64,000 bases of DNA. Source: Calcarisporiella thermophila CBS 279.70. Its lineage: Eukaryota > Fungi > Calcarisporiellomycota. The notes beneath the pieces were generated by a model. It was not told the DNA's origin. It ran no database searches and saw nothing but the letters and a program-made list of their open reading frames with translations. Positions 13,042 through 25,473 of this stretch are shown here, one piece after another. The DNA is taken from positions 267,477 to 331,476 of the forward strand of contig NW_027192200.1 in assembly GCF_041956535.1 (NCBI RefSeq), in the 5' to 3' direction. The position numbers and the translations under genes are program-made. Positions within the stretch are counted from its first letter, which is position 1. Every line of letters starts with the position of its first letter.

Positions 13042-13290
13042 GTGAGTACCCTGCTTGGATGGATGGATGGCAAGGCTGATGGATGGAGGCGGAATGCGCG
13101 TGCAAATCTAGATAGTTGGATGGCATTCATGTGGAGAATACATCTACCCCATGCTTGGAGTAGCGATAACCGCTGCCATTTGGATGGCTTCTATTGTGAT
13201 TCGAATTAATTGAATTGGATGCCTAGCCTGATCGCTGCCTCTTTTTGTATACCAACTGCATAATTCACTAATCTGGATTCTACTTTATAG
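13042..13290 (+). other. 5'UTR intron of RPS7 containing 8 TGGAT copies
   Basis: GTGAGT donor, CTAAT branch point, TAG acceptor one base before the ATG. Confidence 0.7.
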
Positions 13291-13291
13291 C

Positions 13292-14062
13292 ATGGCTTCT
13301 AGCAAAATCGCAAAGCCCGCGGCCGATGAAATAGAATTGCAGGTCGCCCAGGCGCTCTATGATCTCGAAAATAATGTGTCCGAATTGAAGGCTGAACTCC
13401 GGCCGTTGCAGATCTCGGCTGCCAAAGAAGTAAGTAACCCCTATGCCAGTTTGATATCGATATGGGGGTCCTTGTCGCCTTTCGATCTATATCCTTGTGA
13501 TCCGCTTGTTAACTCACGTGTCTCTTTTTCTGCCCTTACCAGGTTGAAATCGGTGGTGGTCGCAAGGCAATCGTCATCTTCGTCCCCGTCCCCTTCCTAA
13601 AGCAGTTCCACAAGATCCAGCAGCGTCTTACCCGAGAGCTCGAGAAGAAGTTCTCCGACCGCCACGTCCTTTTCATTGCTCAGCGCCGCATCATGCCTAA
13701 GCCAGGACGTCACAGCCGCGAGAAGCAAAAACGCCCGCGTTCGCGCACTCTGACCGCAGTCCACGAAAACATCCTCGAGGACCTTGTCTATCCCACCGAA
13801 ATTGTCGGCAAGAGGACTCGCGTGAAGGTCGATGGATCCAAGATCCTCAAAGTGTAAGTAGCGAGGATGTTTTCCAGAGTTGAGGAACTTAGCAATGTAT
13901 TGATCCTCTATCTACCATGGATATTTTGCCTCTAGCTTCCTCGATCAAAAGGACGCCACCTCCCTCGAATACAAGCTTGACACTTTCTCGGGTGTGTACA
14001 AGAAGCTGACTGGCAAGGATGTTCAGTTCGAGTTCCCGGCCACCCAAGAACTTGTGCTCTAA
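13292..14062 (+). CDS. RPS7: 40S ribosomal protein S7 (eS7)
   Basis: [77 protein letters not shown]. Confidence 0.96.
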
Positions 14063-14345
14063 TTGTGTTTCTTTGCGGTTTTATGTTTCCTTTTTTTTTC
14101 AAGAAAAAAATAATAAAAAGCATTTTATATAAAATATCAAAAGGGATCGTCGTGCACTTTTAGTAGGTTTATTAGCTTGAATAATGCCGAGTTTTCTCTC
14201 ATCCACGTAGTAAGATTTCGGCCAATGACCTGACAAATACGCCACCGAATAGAGCCGCCCTCTAACGCCCGGCTTGAAAATGGAAATATAGGGATAGCTT
14301 TCGATTTTTTTCTTGGATCGTCCGTTTTGTTACAACCACTACAAT

Positions 14346-15004
14346 ATGCCAGAATCGCTTCCAGACTATTACGCCATTCTCAATATTCCCGAGACGGCAA
14401 CAGCCGATCGAATTCGCGATGCGTACAAGCGAGAAGCCTTACTTACGCATCCCGATCGGCATCCTAATCTCAGCGAAGACGAAGCTCGCGCCCGATTCCA
14501 ACAGATTGCAGACGCATACTTTACCCTTAGTGATCCGGCGCGCCGTCAACGCTATGACCAGGCACGTAGAAGGAATAGAGCGGCCCCCTCTGCCGATGCT
14601 GGAGATATCGGAGGGACGTGGCGCCAACAGCAGGCCAATGCAGAAAGGGTCTTTGGGGATGTGTTCCAAGATCTGCTAGCACCCGAGGTAGAGCGCCCAC
14701 AGTGGATATGGACTCCGCTTGGGGCAATATGCGGAGCCGTTATTGGATTTATCATCGGGAACTTACCTGGTGCAATTCTGGTGAGTTGGCTACAATATAA
14801 TTCGTTGCCAAAGAGCTAACCTTGCTTAAACTACCCTTCCTTTTGTATTTTTCTTTTTCTTTGCTCCAGGGAGGCGTCGGTGGAGCAAAACTGGGGACCA
14901 TCCGGGATAATAAGGGCAAATCGGTCTATGCAGCGTTTCAGCAGCTCTCACGCGAACAAAAGAGCGCGCTGTTAAGCAAGTTAGCATCGAAGTTCTTAAA
15001 CTAA
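14346..15004 (+). CDS. J-domain (DnaJ) protein with Gly-rich hydrophobic C-terminal segment
   Basis: DYYAIL, HPD tripeptide, FQQIADAYFTLSDP; PLGAICGAVIGFIIGNLPGAIL/GGVGGAKLG; one intron. Confidence 0.9.
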
Positions 15005-15748
15005 TTGCAATGTTCTATTTTATATTCTCATTCATGAATCCTATCAATGTGATAAGCAGTGATATATATATGTGTGTGTTTTCTTACATTTTTCTTAGTG
15101 TATTTTTGTTCTACTGCTATTTGATACTAAGTTCCTATCTCTATTCATCCCACCCCCTCCCAATTCAATCCACCTGTCTCCCCCAAATTTTTTATGTGTA
15201 AATATACGAAATCCCCAATATATCCTTGACTAGATGCGTGAGATTCCGGGAACAGGACCATCATGAAAATCGCTTGCGTTGCAACCTGGACAGTTACAAG
15301 AAAAAAAAAACAGATTCTATTAAACATCTTAATAGAAGATAGCAAAGAAAAAACAAATAAAAGATTGGGGGAAGGGGAAATCGAAGAACAGCTGATTTAA
15401 TCTAATCAAACCAAGAAAAAGAGGTTGTATACGGAAATTATATATATATAAAGCACACAGGATTTAGAAAAAGCAAGGATTATAGAAAAGGCGGACACAG
15501 AGGAAAAGTAAGCATCGAAAAGGACCTTACACAGGCATGTATATCCCTGGAAAAAAAAAAGCAGATAAAAGAGATAAAAAAACAGAAGATTGTAAGCGAA
15601 TAAAGGGGGGGGGGTATACTATACTCTGACCCATTTAAAAATATATGTGAGAAAATAATCAACACTATAATCAGACATGATTGCTTATTATACTTGGTTG
15701 GTTCTCCACCTAAGTGCTCTCTGATTTGAGTGGGAAGTGAGAGGAGCG

Positions 15749-18309
15749 CTACTCCATACTCTTCGCCAGGGGACTCCCACCGTTTTCCTGCGACGGTAAG
15801 GCAGAGGCCCCAGCTGGTTTGTTTAAGTCGGCTGGGCCTTGTACCTCTTGAGGGAAGGATTGGCCACCCATTGAATTGGGTAGCACCTCTGTTTTTTCAT
15901 CCAAGTTGGGGTAGTTATATTGCTGGGATTCGATGTTGGCAGGAACAGAGGAGGGAGAGAGGGGCGGCTCGGATATTTCTTCCTTGTCTCCCAAGCATCG
16001 ATCGACAGGGATGGAGGTCGGCTCCTCCGGGATCTCTTCTTTGTTGGAGCCAAAGATTTGATTTTTCTCCGTTGTGTTTATCTCGTCGCGAGCCTTTACG
16101 GTCTCCTCGTCGATTTTGCTGCCTGAGCCGGAGTCGTTATGGGTGGTGTGCTCAACCTGTGTCTCGACGTGCTCTTCCTTCTCTTCATAGCTAGATGCCG
16201 CAACCCGCGACAGTAGCCCCCCCGGTTGTCCCTCTGGAATTGAGCATCCTTCTGCATCGATATCAACGTGTTCTGGCTGCAGATTCAATATCAATGTCCG
16301 CAAGAAAGCCTGCTCATACTTCGTATTCTCAAAGATGACTGCAAGATTGTCCGTAGGGCAGCGGAGGAAGTTAGGTGCGAACACCATGGCGAGGTTGTGC
16401 ACATTCATTTTCGTGGCGCGGATGGTATCCGGCCGGGCGAACACTTGAAGAAAGTTAATCATATACTGTGCTACTCGTCGATTGATGGTAGGCAGTCGGT
16501 TAATGAGATCAAGTGCGGCCGCCACGTCCTCAGCAGAACGGATGCATGCATCATAGTACTCTGTCGGAATGAGGGGGTCCGAGAGATCACGTAGCCAGAG
16601 CTTAAGCAGAGAAGCAGGCACATTGGGATCATTCAGGTTTGCAAGCACATACTCTCCTTTTTCAATACGTAAACGCTGAGGCATGAAAATGAGAACATAA
16701 ATTTTAGTTCGGAAAAGAGGGCGAAACGGAAAGAGAAGTAGCTTTGTGATGGACTTACGAGGTCGGTTACCAAGTCGGCGTCTCCAGGCACTCGGAAAAT
16801 GCCCTCCGATTTGCAGCCGTCCAGATCAAGTATACATTGCGCTAAGAATGGAAGGATGCGAGGAATCTTCAAGTCGGGATAAGTCTGCGACTGCAAGTTC
16901 ATGATAAATTCGAGGCTTTCGCCAAAGATGGAGGGGTGAAAAGGCGCCTCCTGAGGTGGGGTAAAAGGAAAGATGAAGTAGTTTAGCATTGGGACTGAGA
17001 AGAGCAACAGGGATGGGGCCTTCTTACCCGCGCATTCTGAATTTCTGCGAAAGTGAGCACTTTCCCCCGTGGGCCTCGTATACAGATGCGTTGTAGTCGG
17101 TTGAAAACGTGGCGAGCCATGATGACGATCTGCTCATCCTTTGAGTCGAAATGTTGGGCGATGAAATTTTTCAGATAGGCTTCGAAGTTCTTCGAGGGGG
17201 GGAATGCCACCGTCACCACGCATAAAAGCTCCCAGCCTTTGTGTCGGCTTGAACTGCATCGGAAAAAGAGAGAGTGAGCAAATGCAATAGTGGGGAGAAG
17301 GGAGGCGGGAAGAATTACGCGCTAGGATTGTTGGTGAGCTGCTTGCATATCTGCACGTAGATTTCGTCACGCAATTCACCGTGAAGGATGCCATAGCTAA
17401 GCAGCTCTTGAATGTCCTCGGTTTGCTTTGAGCGATGTATCCTATCGCCCATGATCCTCAACACGAGCTTAAAGCACTTGAGCGCATCTCGATGAAGATC
17501 CCGGTTGATGACCATGAGAGGCTTGCTGATGGGTTCCTAGTGGGGAAAAGGTCGGTCAACAAGAGAGTAGAGCCGGAAGAGGCCATGTGGGGAATACCCT
17601 TGTCCAGAGAAGCATTTCCTCCACCGGAACACGTCGCCGAAAAATGCCTTTCTTGTGAGTGCTGAAGTATTTTTTCGCGAATCCGTCGATGCGAAACTGT
17701 AGATAAGGCAGAGGGCAACAAAAAATCGTTGATTAGAGGAGCTCCACCCATTACATGCATTTCCAGCCTCTCTACCTGATTGATATCGTTAGCTAGATCC
17801 TCGGGTAAGACTCTCTTAGAGCTGTAACTGAGATAAAAAACGAAAATGAGCATTGGCGAGCATATGAGGTAATTAGCAAGCTTGTCAAGAAACCTTGGCG
17901 AGCCTCTTCCATTTTTTTGTTGCAGGGTGGAGCTGATTTCTCCAGAGTCGGTAGATTTAAGCTCTACAACAAGTAATGGGTCACACCCTAGCTCAACAAC
18001 AGGCGAGAAAAAAAATCATTTACCGCTCTCTGAACTAGGAAGATTGTTAAGTTTAGCAGCAGAGGCGCCAGATGATTCCGAGCCTGGCTGCGATGAATAG
18101 TCCGTAACTGAAATAGAAATGGGCAAGCCGATGTTTGAAGGGATCGGACTATCAGGAGAAGTCCTGCCGAAGAGCTTTCGTGCAAATTCAAACATCAAGA
18201 GGATGGGGCTCTACACCGAGGGGACAGCAAAACTTGGCAATAACAAGCTCAGTCCTATGAAACTGGGCGATCTGAAGGCTGAGTAATTAGAATGAAGCCG
18301 AAAGGCCAT
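15749..18309 (-). CDS. MyTH4-RhoGAP protein (ARHGAP39/Vilse-like); start uncertain
   Basis: [44 protein letters not shown] (MyTH4), EGIFRVPG (arginine finger), [23 protein letters not shown]. Confidence 0.85.
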
Positions 18310-19916
18310 CGCGTCTGGAGACTCACCTAGAAAGCGGAGAGAAGCGTGCTTGGAAGAGACCGAGATCTGGGGGGGGTGTGATCGGAGGGATAGATGGGAG
18401 AGCACAAACGCACAGGGCGATGAGCGCAAGAAGCAGGGAATGGTAGGCGAATAAGGGAGGGAAAGGAGAGGAAAGATCGAGAGGAAGAGGGCTGAGTGGG
18501 CGCAGAGTTGAGGGACTGAGGCCGCTAGCAGGCGAAGGGATGACGATGCTGATCGATCCTTGCAGATGATGGTCCGTTTCTCTCCGTGCGGGATTACAAA
18601 GGGAGAAAAGAAAAACAAAAATAAACGAGGCAGCGGAGTCGCAGTGTAACCAGCAGGTTTTCTTGAGCTTTCTAGATTTTCTCTCAGGATTTGTGTCCGG
18701 TGTTCAAGCGGACGGCGAAAGGGCCACCGGAACCCTATTTGGCTTTGCCTTTTTGAGTGCGGGCCTGGGCCTGCTGAGCCGCGCGGCCCAGCGAAGCCTA
18801 GCTCCTGTGATTAGTCTGAGACCGCCCCACCCTCCAGTCGGGCTTGATCAGCTCGCTGACTGCATATGAAACAAGTTTCAATACGGGGCAGTGTCGACTG
18901 CCTCTTCTCCTTAAGGAAAGGCCCCTCTCAAATCGCGCTCCCCCTGATCTCGGCCCTGCACCTGGCCTGATCCGGCCGGAGCGTTCGGCCGGAACTCAAG
19001 CTTCAAGCTCAAAGGTTTGCACCCTGCCGGTCATGTGGAAAATGGGTTGGGCAAAGGTTCTTCTTCTTCTTCTTCCGCAACAAACAAACTCCACGCCTGA
19101 CCAAAGATTCTGGCTATCCATGGCCAGGATAGTCGATATCTGCTAATTTTGAAGACCCTCTTAAAGCCACTGCTGTGTTCTTTGGGAAGCAAAGCGTGGG
19201 TGCCATGGGGAGATAGTCTAGCCTTAATTTGTAGCAGGGGCTTTGCAAATGCTCTAACTTAGGACAAAATGCAAGCCGAGCATATTAGTGGAAGAAAAAA
19301 AAGCCGTCGAGTTGATTGGAAAGTTAGGCGAATTTCCGATTGTTTTTATTATCGACTCAACGCTCTGTCATGCTGTTATGCCCATTTGCTCCAAGTATCA
19401 GTGGGGACTTCCCATTCGGCTTTTCGGTGCGCGTCCCATCCATGGACACAGCAGGAGATACCTATTAATCCGAGTGGCAAAATCGGTATAGCTTCCGATA
19501 TGCTAGCTTGAAGACTGTTACAATTTCCCTTCCGGAATAACCTACCCAATTGAAGGCTAACCACTGGTCACTCAACCCGGCACCTAACTCTGGAAAACCA
19601 TAGGTGGAAGAGTATTTGGCCAAGTATTCAAGTTTGATTAACTTAAAAACCGAGCTGCAATTAGAGTTGCATCAGATGTTTGAAGAAATTTCATTGTCTA
19701 TTTAGCCTTCAAGATGATAAGGGACACCTACGGGAAGTTTTTTTTTGTTAAGAGAAAGTTTATTAAATGTATTCGTTTTTGTTCTTAATAAAGGAGATTG
19801 ACAAACTTCAGAAAACAAAAAAACCATGCAAGAGTTGAGGGTGAAAAATTTTTTTGCCGCCAAAACTTTGAAAAATTTTGTAATGTATAATTTTTTTTTG
19901 AAAACGTGACAAGCAA

Positions 19917-19989
19917 GCCCGGTTAGCTCAATCGGTAGAGCGTGGGACTTTTAATCCCAAGGCTGTGGGTTCGACCCCCACATCGGGCG
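19917..19989 (+). tRNA. tRNA-Lys(UUU), intronless
   Basis: 73-nt cloverleaf: GCCCGGT acceptor stem pairing with ATCGGGC, TAGCTCAATCGG A-box, TGGGA-CTTTTAA-TCCCA anticodon arm, GGTTCGACCCC B-box, followed by a T-run Pol III terminator. Confidence 0.96.
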
Positions 19990-20815
19990 CGAACGTTTTT
20001 TTAATTTTTTTTGTGCATCCATCTATTTTCCACAACTATCATCTCTCGGAACAAACCTCATAAAAAGTCCACAGGGTCTTTAGGCTCCTCACAGACATTT
20101 TCTTTCGCATCGGCACTGCGAAAGAGATAAGTCAGGGTGGTGCAACGTAGGATTCTTGACTCTGCTAAATGGAGCAGGCGCCCCTCCAGAGGTTTGAGTG
20201 TCAACAGAAATGTGATGTGTCAGCAAGACATCAAAAATGCTCGCCCTCTTGGTCCATGGCCATTTCTCGCCCCCTCCCCTCCCCCTGGCTCCGAAATTTT
20301 GTATTAATTTGATAACGTAAGTACAGAAATGCACCACGAGCACTGATATTTCATACATGCTTAATTAGGAAATTTTAATAGATCTACGTGTCTCTCTTGT
20401 AGGATCCCTGAACAGAGATGGTCTATTTCGATCTCTCCCCCCTACATACCATTTCCTTTTGTTTCGTGTTCCCCTATAGCGATGCGTGCTCGAGCTTTGC
20501 CTTTTCTTTAAGTGCTTGCTTTGTTCTCCACGCGTGCTTCACCTTCTTAATCCTTTGGACCTAGCACAAGCTTAGGAGCTATTCTATCTATTATTGCCAC
20601 CCATTCTCCCCCCCCCTCCTCCTCTCTCTTCTTCTCTTCCCCCTCCTCTTCTCCTATCCTTATCAGTGAGGTACGGGAGTGCCAGCAAGCCCTGCAACAC
20701 CAAGAAGACCGCAGGGAGAGTGAGACGTGCCGAGTAGCAGCATTGATTTCCGTTGTATAGTAGCCCCTCCGCTTCCTCTTCCTTCTCTTCCTGAGTATAT
20801 TGGTCGTCAAGCGTT

Positions 20816-22398
20816 ATGAATCACAACCTGCCTATACCCCGAGTTTACTCTGATGTGCTCCATACCCCGCAATGGGTGTGCGACCTTGACCTCCGCGATG
20901 CATTGTTTGCGTTGGAGCTGAAACATCGCCCGCCCTCTCATTACATGGACACGGTCCAGGGCGGAGAGCTCAATGACAAGATGCGCCAATTACTTGTAGA
21001 ATGGATGCAAGACGTGGGCGAGGAAGAGCAATTTGAGAATGGCGAAACATTGCAGCTTGCAGTGCTGCTAGTGGATCGCTTCTGCGCAAGAAGGAAGATT
21101 AGGAGGAGTGAGTATCAATGTCTGGGGGCTGCGTGTTTATGGATTGCTGCGAAGCTATGTGAGGTAAATGGAACTTGAAGCTGATGTTTAATGCTGGTCC
21201 TCATCGCATTGAATGGTCTAGATGCATCGAGCGGTGCCGAGAAGTGAACTCTTGGTTCATCTTTCTGATCATGCATTCAACAAGCATCAGCTCAAGGTGA
21301 TACTCAAGTGGACATGAATGGCATATACGAATGCATATTAATCCTTCGGCTTGTTATTTTTTTTCCAAAGTCTATGGAGAAGCTGGTGCTGAACGAATTA
21401 GGGTGGGAGGTGAACAGTGTTACTCCGGTTCTCATGCTCGAAATATTTCTTTCTTTTCTTTCTTATCCCCTTGAATTCGTGGATCGGATACGCGTGCTAG
21501 CGAGGACATTCCTCACTGCGTCACAACATGGTAGAGTAACGGCGTGATTAAGTGATGGTGGTTGGAGAAGGTTCTTCATTTTTTTGTCCAAATGTACTAG
21601 TGATGCTGTTCCTTGAGTATCTGCCCAGCACTTTGGCCGCGGCCTCTCTGATGCTGGCGCTTTGCTACGCACGCGTGGATTGCCCCCAGTTCGAGCTCAA
21701 ACTCGCACAGGAATTTGAACGGGTCGCCTCGGTCACGTTCTCCAACTCGCGCCGCTATATGGTATAGAGATGGCTTTGGGCCGTGTTCGCATGGTCTCCC
21801 TCTCATCTAATCCCTCGACCTTATATAGGAACTTGCCCAGCTCTGCACCTGGACCCTGCACACTTATGTCCAGCAGCGCGTCTATCCTGTCATGCAGCCC
21901 TTGTCTCCCATCTGGTGCTCCAACGAAAGTGGTGATGAGGACGGCGGAATGATCACCCCCACCAGCCTTCCCTCCCCCATCTCCCAGCAATTCTCCTCGT
22001 CCACCACCCTCGGTAGCCAGGGCGACAGCAGCAGCAGCAGCAGCACTGTGAATGCCGAGGCGAGGGACGCGAGTTGGCCAACGCCAACCAAGGCAGTGGT
22101 GGGGATGGTAGTGCAAGGAGAGACGCCCGGTGGGGTGGGCGTCGGCTGTGGAGCCAATGGAGAGCTGTACTATTTCGGCGAGATGCCGCTGTCGTCGGCC
22201 TCATCGGTCTCCCCTCCGCTACGGCCCGTCATGTTCTCTCCCCCTCAACTCCAGGCAAATACCTCGTCTACCGCTACCGCACTGTACTCCAAGGCTAAGG
22301 GGACCCGCCGGAAACCCCCTCCCAAGGCTAAGCCGATCCGATTTTCGCCTTACTCCCCCTCGCTGGTATCGATCTCGCTCTCCTCTCCCGCTATGTAA
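20816..22398 (+). CDS. Cyclin (A-like cyclin box) with S/P-rich C-terminal tail (5 exons)
   Basis: MRQLLVEWMQDVGEE..ETLQLAVLLVDRF..YQCLGAACLWIAAKLCE; MEKLVLNELGW; FLEYLPSTLAAASL. Confidence 0.88.
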
Positions 22399-22795
22399 TT
22401 TTAACTTAACCCTCCCCCGACTATTTCGCCTGTGAAAGTACCTAGTTAATATCCAATACGATATATTTCTAATCGATGACTCTATATATATATATATTCC
22501 CCCTGTTTTCCATAGACTTATACTATATATACCGTTTTACTAAGGAGTTTCTATTTTTTGTCAATATTTTTTTTCCCAGAGTTTTCTTTCTTTCTTTCCA
22601 TACCTTATTGTCAACTAATATCTTTTACTTTTTCTTTTCTCTTTTTTCTCTTTTGAAATGGATGGGATGGGCGGAAGAGTAACAGGTAACATGAGGAAAA
22701 TAATAAAAAGGGCAAAGAAAAAAAGAAGACATTTTAATTAAGAAGGAAACAAAAGAACTAAAAACACGAGTAATAGAACAAGGATGGAACAGGGG

Positions 22796-25294
22796 TCAGA
22801 CTTGAATGCCCTTGGCCCGAGCTTCAGTCTCAAAGATCAACATTCTCCACAGCTTCATCACGAACATCTCCGCCTCATCGTCGAGCGGCTCTTTCAGCTC
22901 GGAGAGCAAATCCCCAGGCTTCTTTCGCTGGCGTATCCGCCGGAGAATGAGTTTGACGAGATCCTCCACCGTCTCCCCAAGCATATCTACGATTTTCTTT
23001 GTCACAAAGGGGCGCAGCTTCTGCTCGACCATCGTGTCGTCCAGCTGCTCCCACTTGATGTCCCACCGCCAGAGTCCGTCCCGGTCCGCAGGGATCGAGT
23101 CCACGAGCTTCTTGACCTGCTGGCGGCGGCGCTCCGCTTGTTCTTCATCACGGGCCGACGGCCTCCCCTCTCCCGACTTGCTTTTACCCTCGTTTGAATC
23201 GCCCTCGTCATCGCTGTACACAAGGGGCACAAACAGCCGCTTCTTCTTGCCGCTGTCTTCCTCGTCCTCCTCGCCGAACCCAAGAGGGGTAGCAGGGCCA
23301 GTTGCAGGCACACCCGAAGACCCCGAGCCTCCGCTGGTGCCTCCTGCAGGGGTGGAGCCTGTCCGACGCTTCGCTCCACTCGCGCCCCCCAAGCTAAACT
23401 TGAGCTTGGCAGCAGCGGACTGGGCCTGTGCCTGCGCCGGTCCTCGCGCCCCTGTTTGCGCGTCCTCCCCATTTCTTCTTGACTCGCCAGAGGCCGCCGG
23501 CTGTAGGTCCCATTTTCTCCTCTCGTCCTTTTGCTCATCTCGACCTCGCGTTCCCCCCGCTTCCACCCCCTTTGTTCTCCCGTTCACCCCCACGTCCGTC
23601 CACTTCGTGCCACCCCCGGCCTTGGAGATGGACTCCACCAGCGGAGTAAGCTCCTCCTCCATCTCCACCACCAGCTTTCTCCTCTCCTCCTCCAACCGTC
23701 GCCTCTCCTCCTGAATCTCCTCCTGCTCCCTCGCTCGGTCCTTCTCGTCCCACTCTTCCTCTCGTGCTCTTGCTACACGCCGGCGCTGATACCATCGTTC
23801 CCGGTTCCGATAGTATTCCTCCTTGCCTCGCTCCTCCTCCTCATCGTCCCTCCACTCGGCAAAACGCTTGGCCATGTCATCCCGAACCCGCGACTCTCGT
23901 TCGGACACCTCGCGCTCCCGCTGGTCCTCCCGTTCATACTGGCGTGCTCGAGCGCTCTCACGTTTCTCCCATCGCCGCTCACGCTCTTTGAAAGCAAGCT
24001 CAAGATTACGCTGAAACCGCTCTGTCCGCCTTCGCTCCTCCTCCTCCTCCTCATCCACCTCCGGCAATTTTTTCTCTTCCCTTCTTTCGTCGCCCAGGTG
24101 GCCTCCTTTAACGAAGCGTACTTCCGTTGAAGGGGTGGGTGATTTCGCGCTCCGGCTCCGACTTCTTCGGTCGCGAGAGCGCGAGCGTGTCCGCCGGTCG
24201 GTCTCATGTTTTGAGGAGAGTTCCCGGAAGAAGGATATTTCGCGGTCGATCATCTCCCGTTGCTCAGGGGGCAAATCTGGGGGGATCTCCTGCTCTTGTC
24301 CGCGCCGCTCTACCGAATGAGGAGCAGATGGTGTGTTGGGGGCGGGGGGCTGGGAATTGGCGGGCGCAGAACTTGTTTGCTCGCTTCGTAAATCTTTGAC
24401 AAATCCTTGAACCATCTCCAAGGCCGTTCTATCGAGACTCTCGTCGTTCTACAATGGAAAGGGGAGAGCAGGCAAAAAGAGAAAAGAGAGGCCGATCAAT
24501 ATCGACGGCCCAAAAGGATTAATACACCGACTCAAAGAAGGCAATATAGGCAAAAAAGAACCTACCGGTGTTTTCGTTTTTTGCGCCTCATGCTCGTCGA
24601 GATGCCGCCGTACATTATCATCCACTTTGACCTGACATGGGTTCATAAACATTAATCCATCTCTGATCGACTTTCCAAATAAAATCACCAAGGTACTTAC
24701 AATCAACTTCTTTTCCACGCCACTTCCATCCAGAGCCGGCAGTGTTATTCCCTCCGGATTAATTGTCGATTCTCCCCCTGCAAGTACGCGTAATGCACGT
24801 AGAACTCCATCGGCATCGCCAAACACTGCAAAGCCGAAGCCCTTGGGATTGCCTGCTTGATCCATGACGCGTTTCCAGCTGGTTAACAACCCACATGCCT
24901 GCGATGAATGCGTAGGATTCATTAGCTTAAAAGTTTCTACTGAAAAAAACTTGCTAAAAGCGAAGTAGCCTACCTTCAACATGCGTTCTATAAATTCATC
25001 GCTGATCCCAGCAGGAATAGCGCCGACGAACAGCGTAGTTAATCCAGGATCGGCGGCAGGGGATCCAGTTGCTTGGTTTTGGGGTGCATTGACGGGGCCG
25101 GTGGCAAGCGGCATCGGAGGAGGAGGCCGCACTCCGGCGGGAGGAGGGATGCCCGCAGCAGGAGGATAGGCCGACCCTACGGGATGAAGAGGCGGTTGGA
25201 CAAAAGGAATAGGAGGGCGCCCATAGGGCGGGATCGGTAGCACGGGAGGGGGTGCATAGTTGGGGTATCCCGGAGGGGGCCGATATGGGTCCAT
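22796..25294 (-). CDS. RBM25: U1 snRNP-associated splicing factor RBM25/Snu71-like (RRM, RE-rich region, PWI)
   Basis: Pro-rich N-terminus, RRM (TLFVGAI, KGFGFAVF), long R/E/D region, PWI domain (LRPFVTKKIVDMLGE..EAEMFVMKLWRMLIFE). Confidence 0.92.
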
Positions 25295-25473
25295 TGCTTC
25301 TGTCCTCAGGATGTTCACGAATCGAGGTAAATAAAATAATCAACGAGCAAGATCACAAGAAAGACATGGTGGCTTGGACCACTCCTAACGAACTTGGCCA
25401 TACCTGATATTTCCTTCCAATAAATTATCGCTCTCCTGCAAATCTACGCGGAATTAGTGTGGCCCCTGACATC

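Noticed and set aside
18971-18993. GC-rich inverted repeat TCCGGCCGGA-GCG-TTCGGCCGGA
   Set aside because: Isolated short hairpin in GC-rich upstream DNA with no other ncRNA or MITE features.
22784-24207. Long antisense and alternative-frame ORFs over RBM25 (also over RasGEF 39189-41333 and velvet)
   Set aside because: These are shadows of GC-rich, low-complexity coding sequence with no independent motifs.
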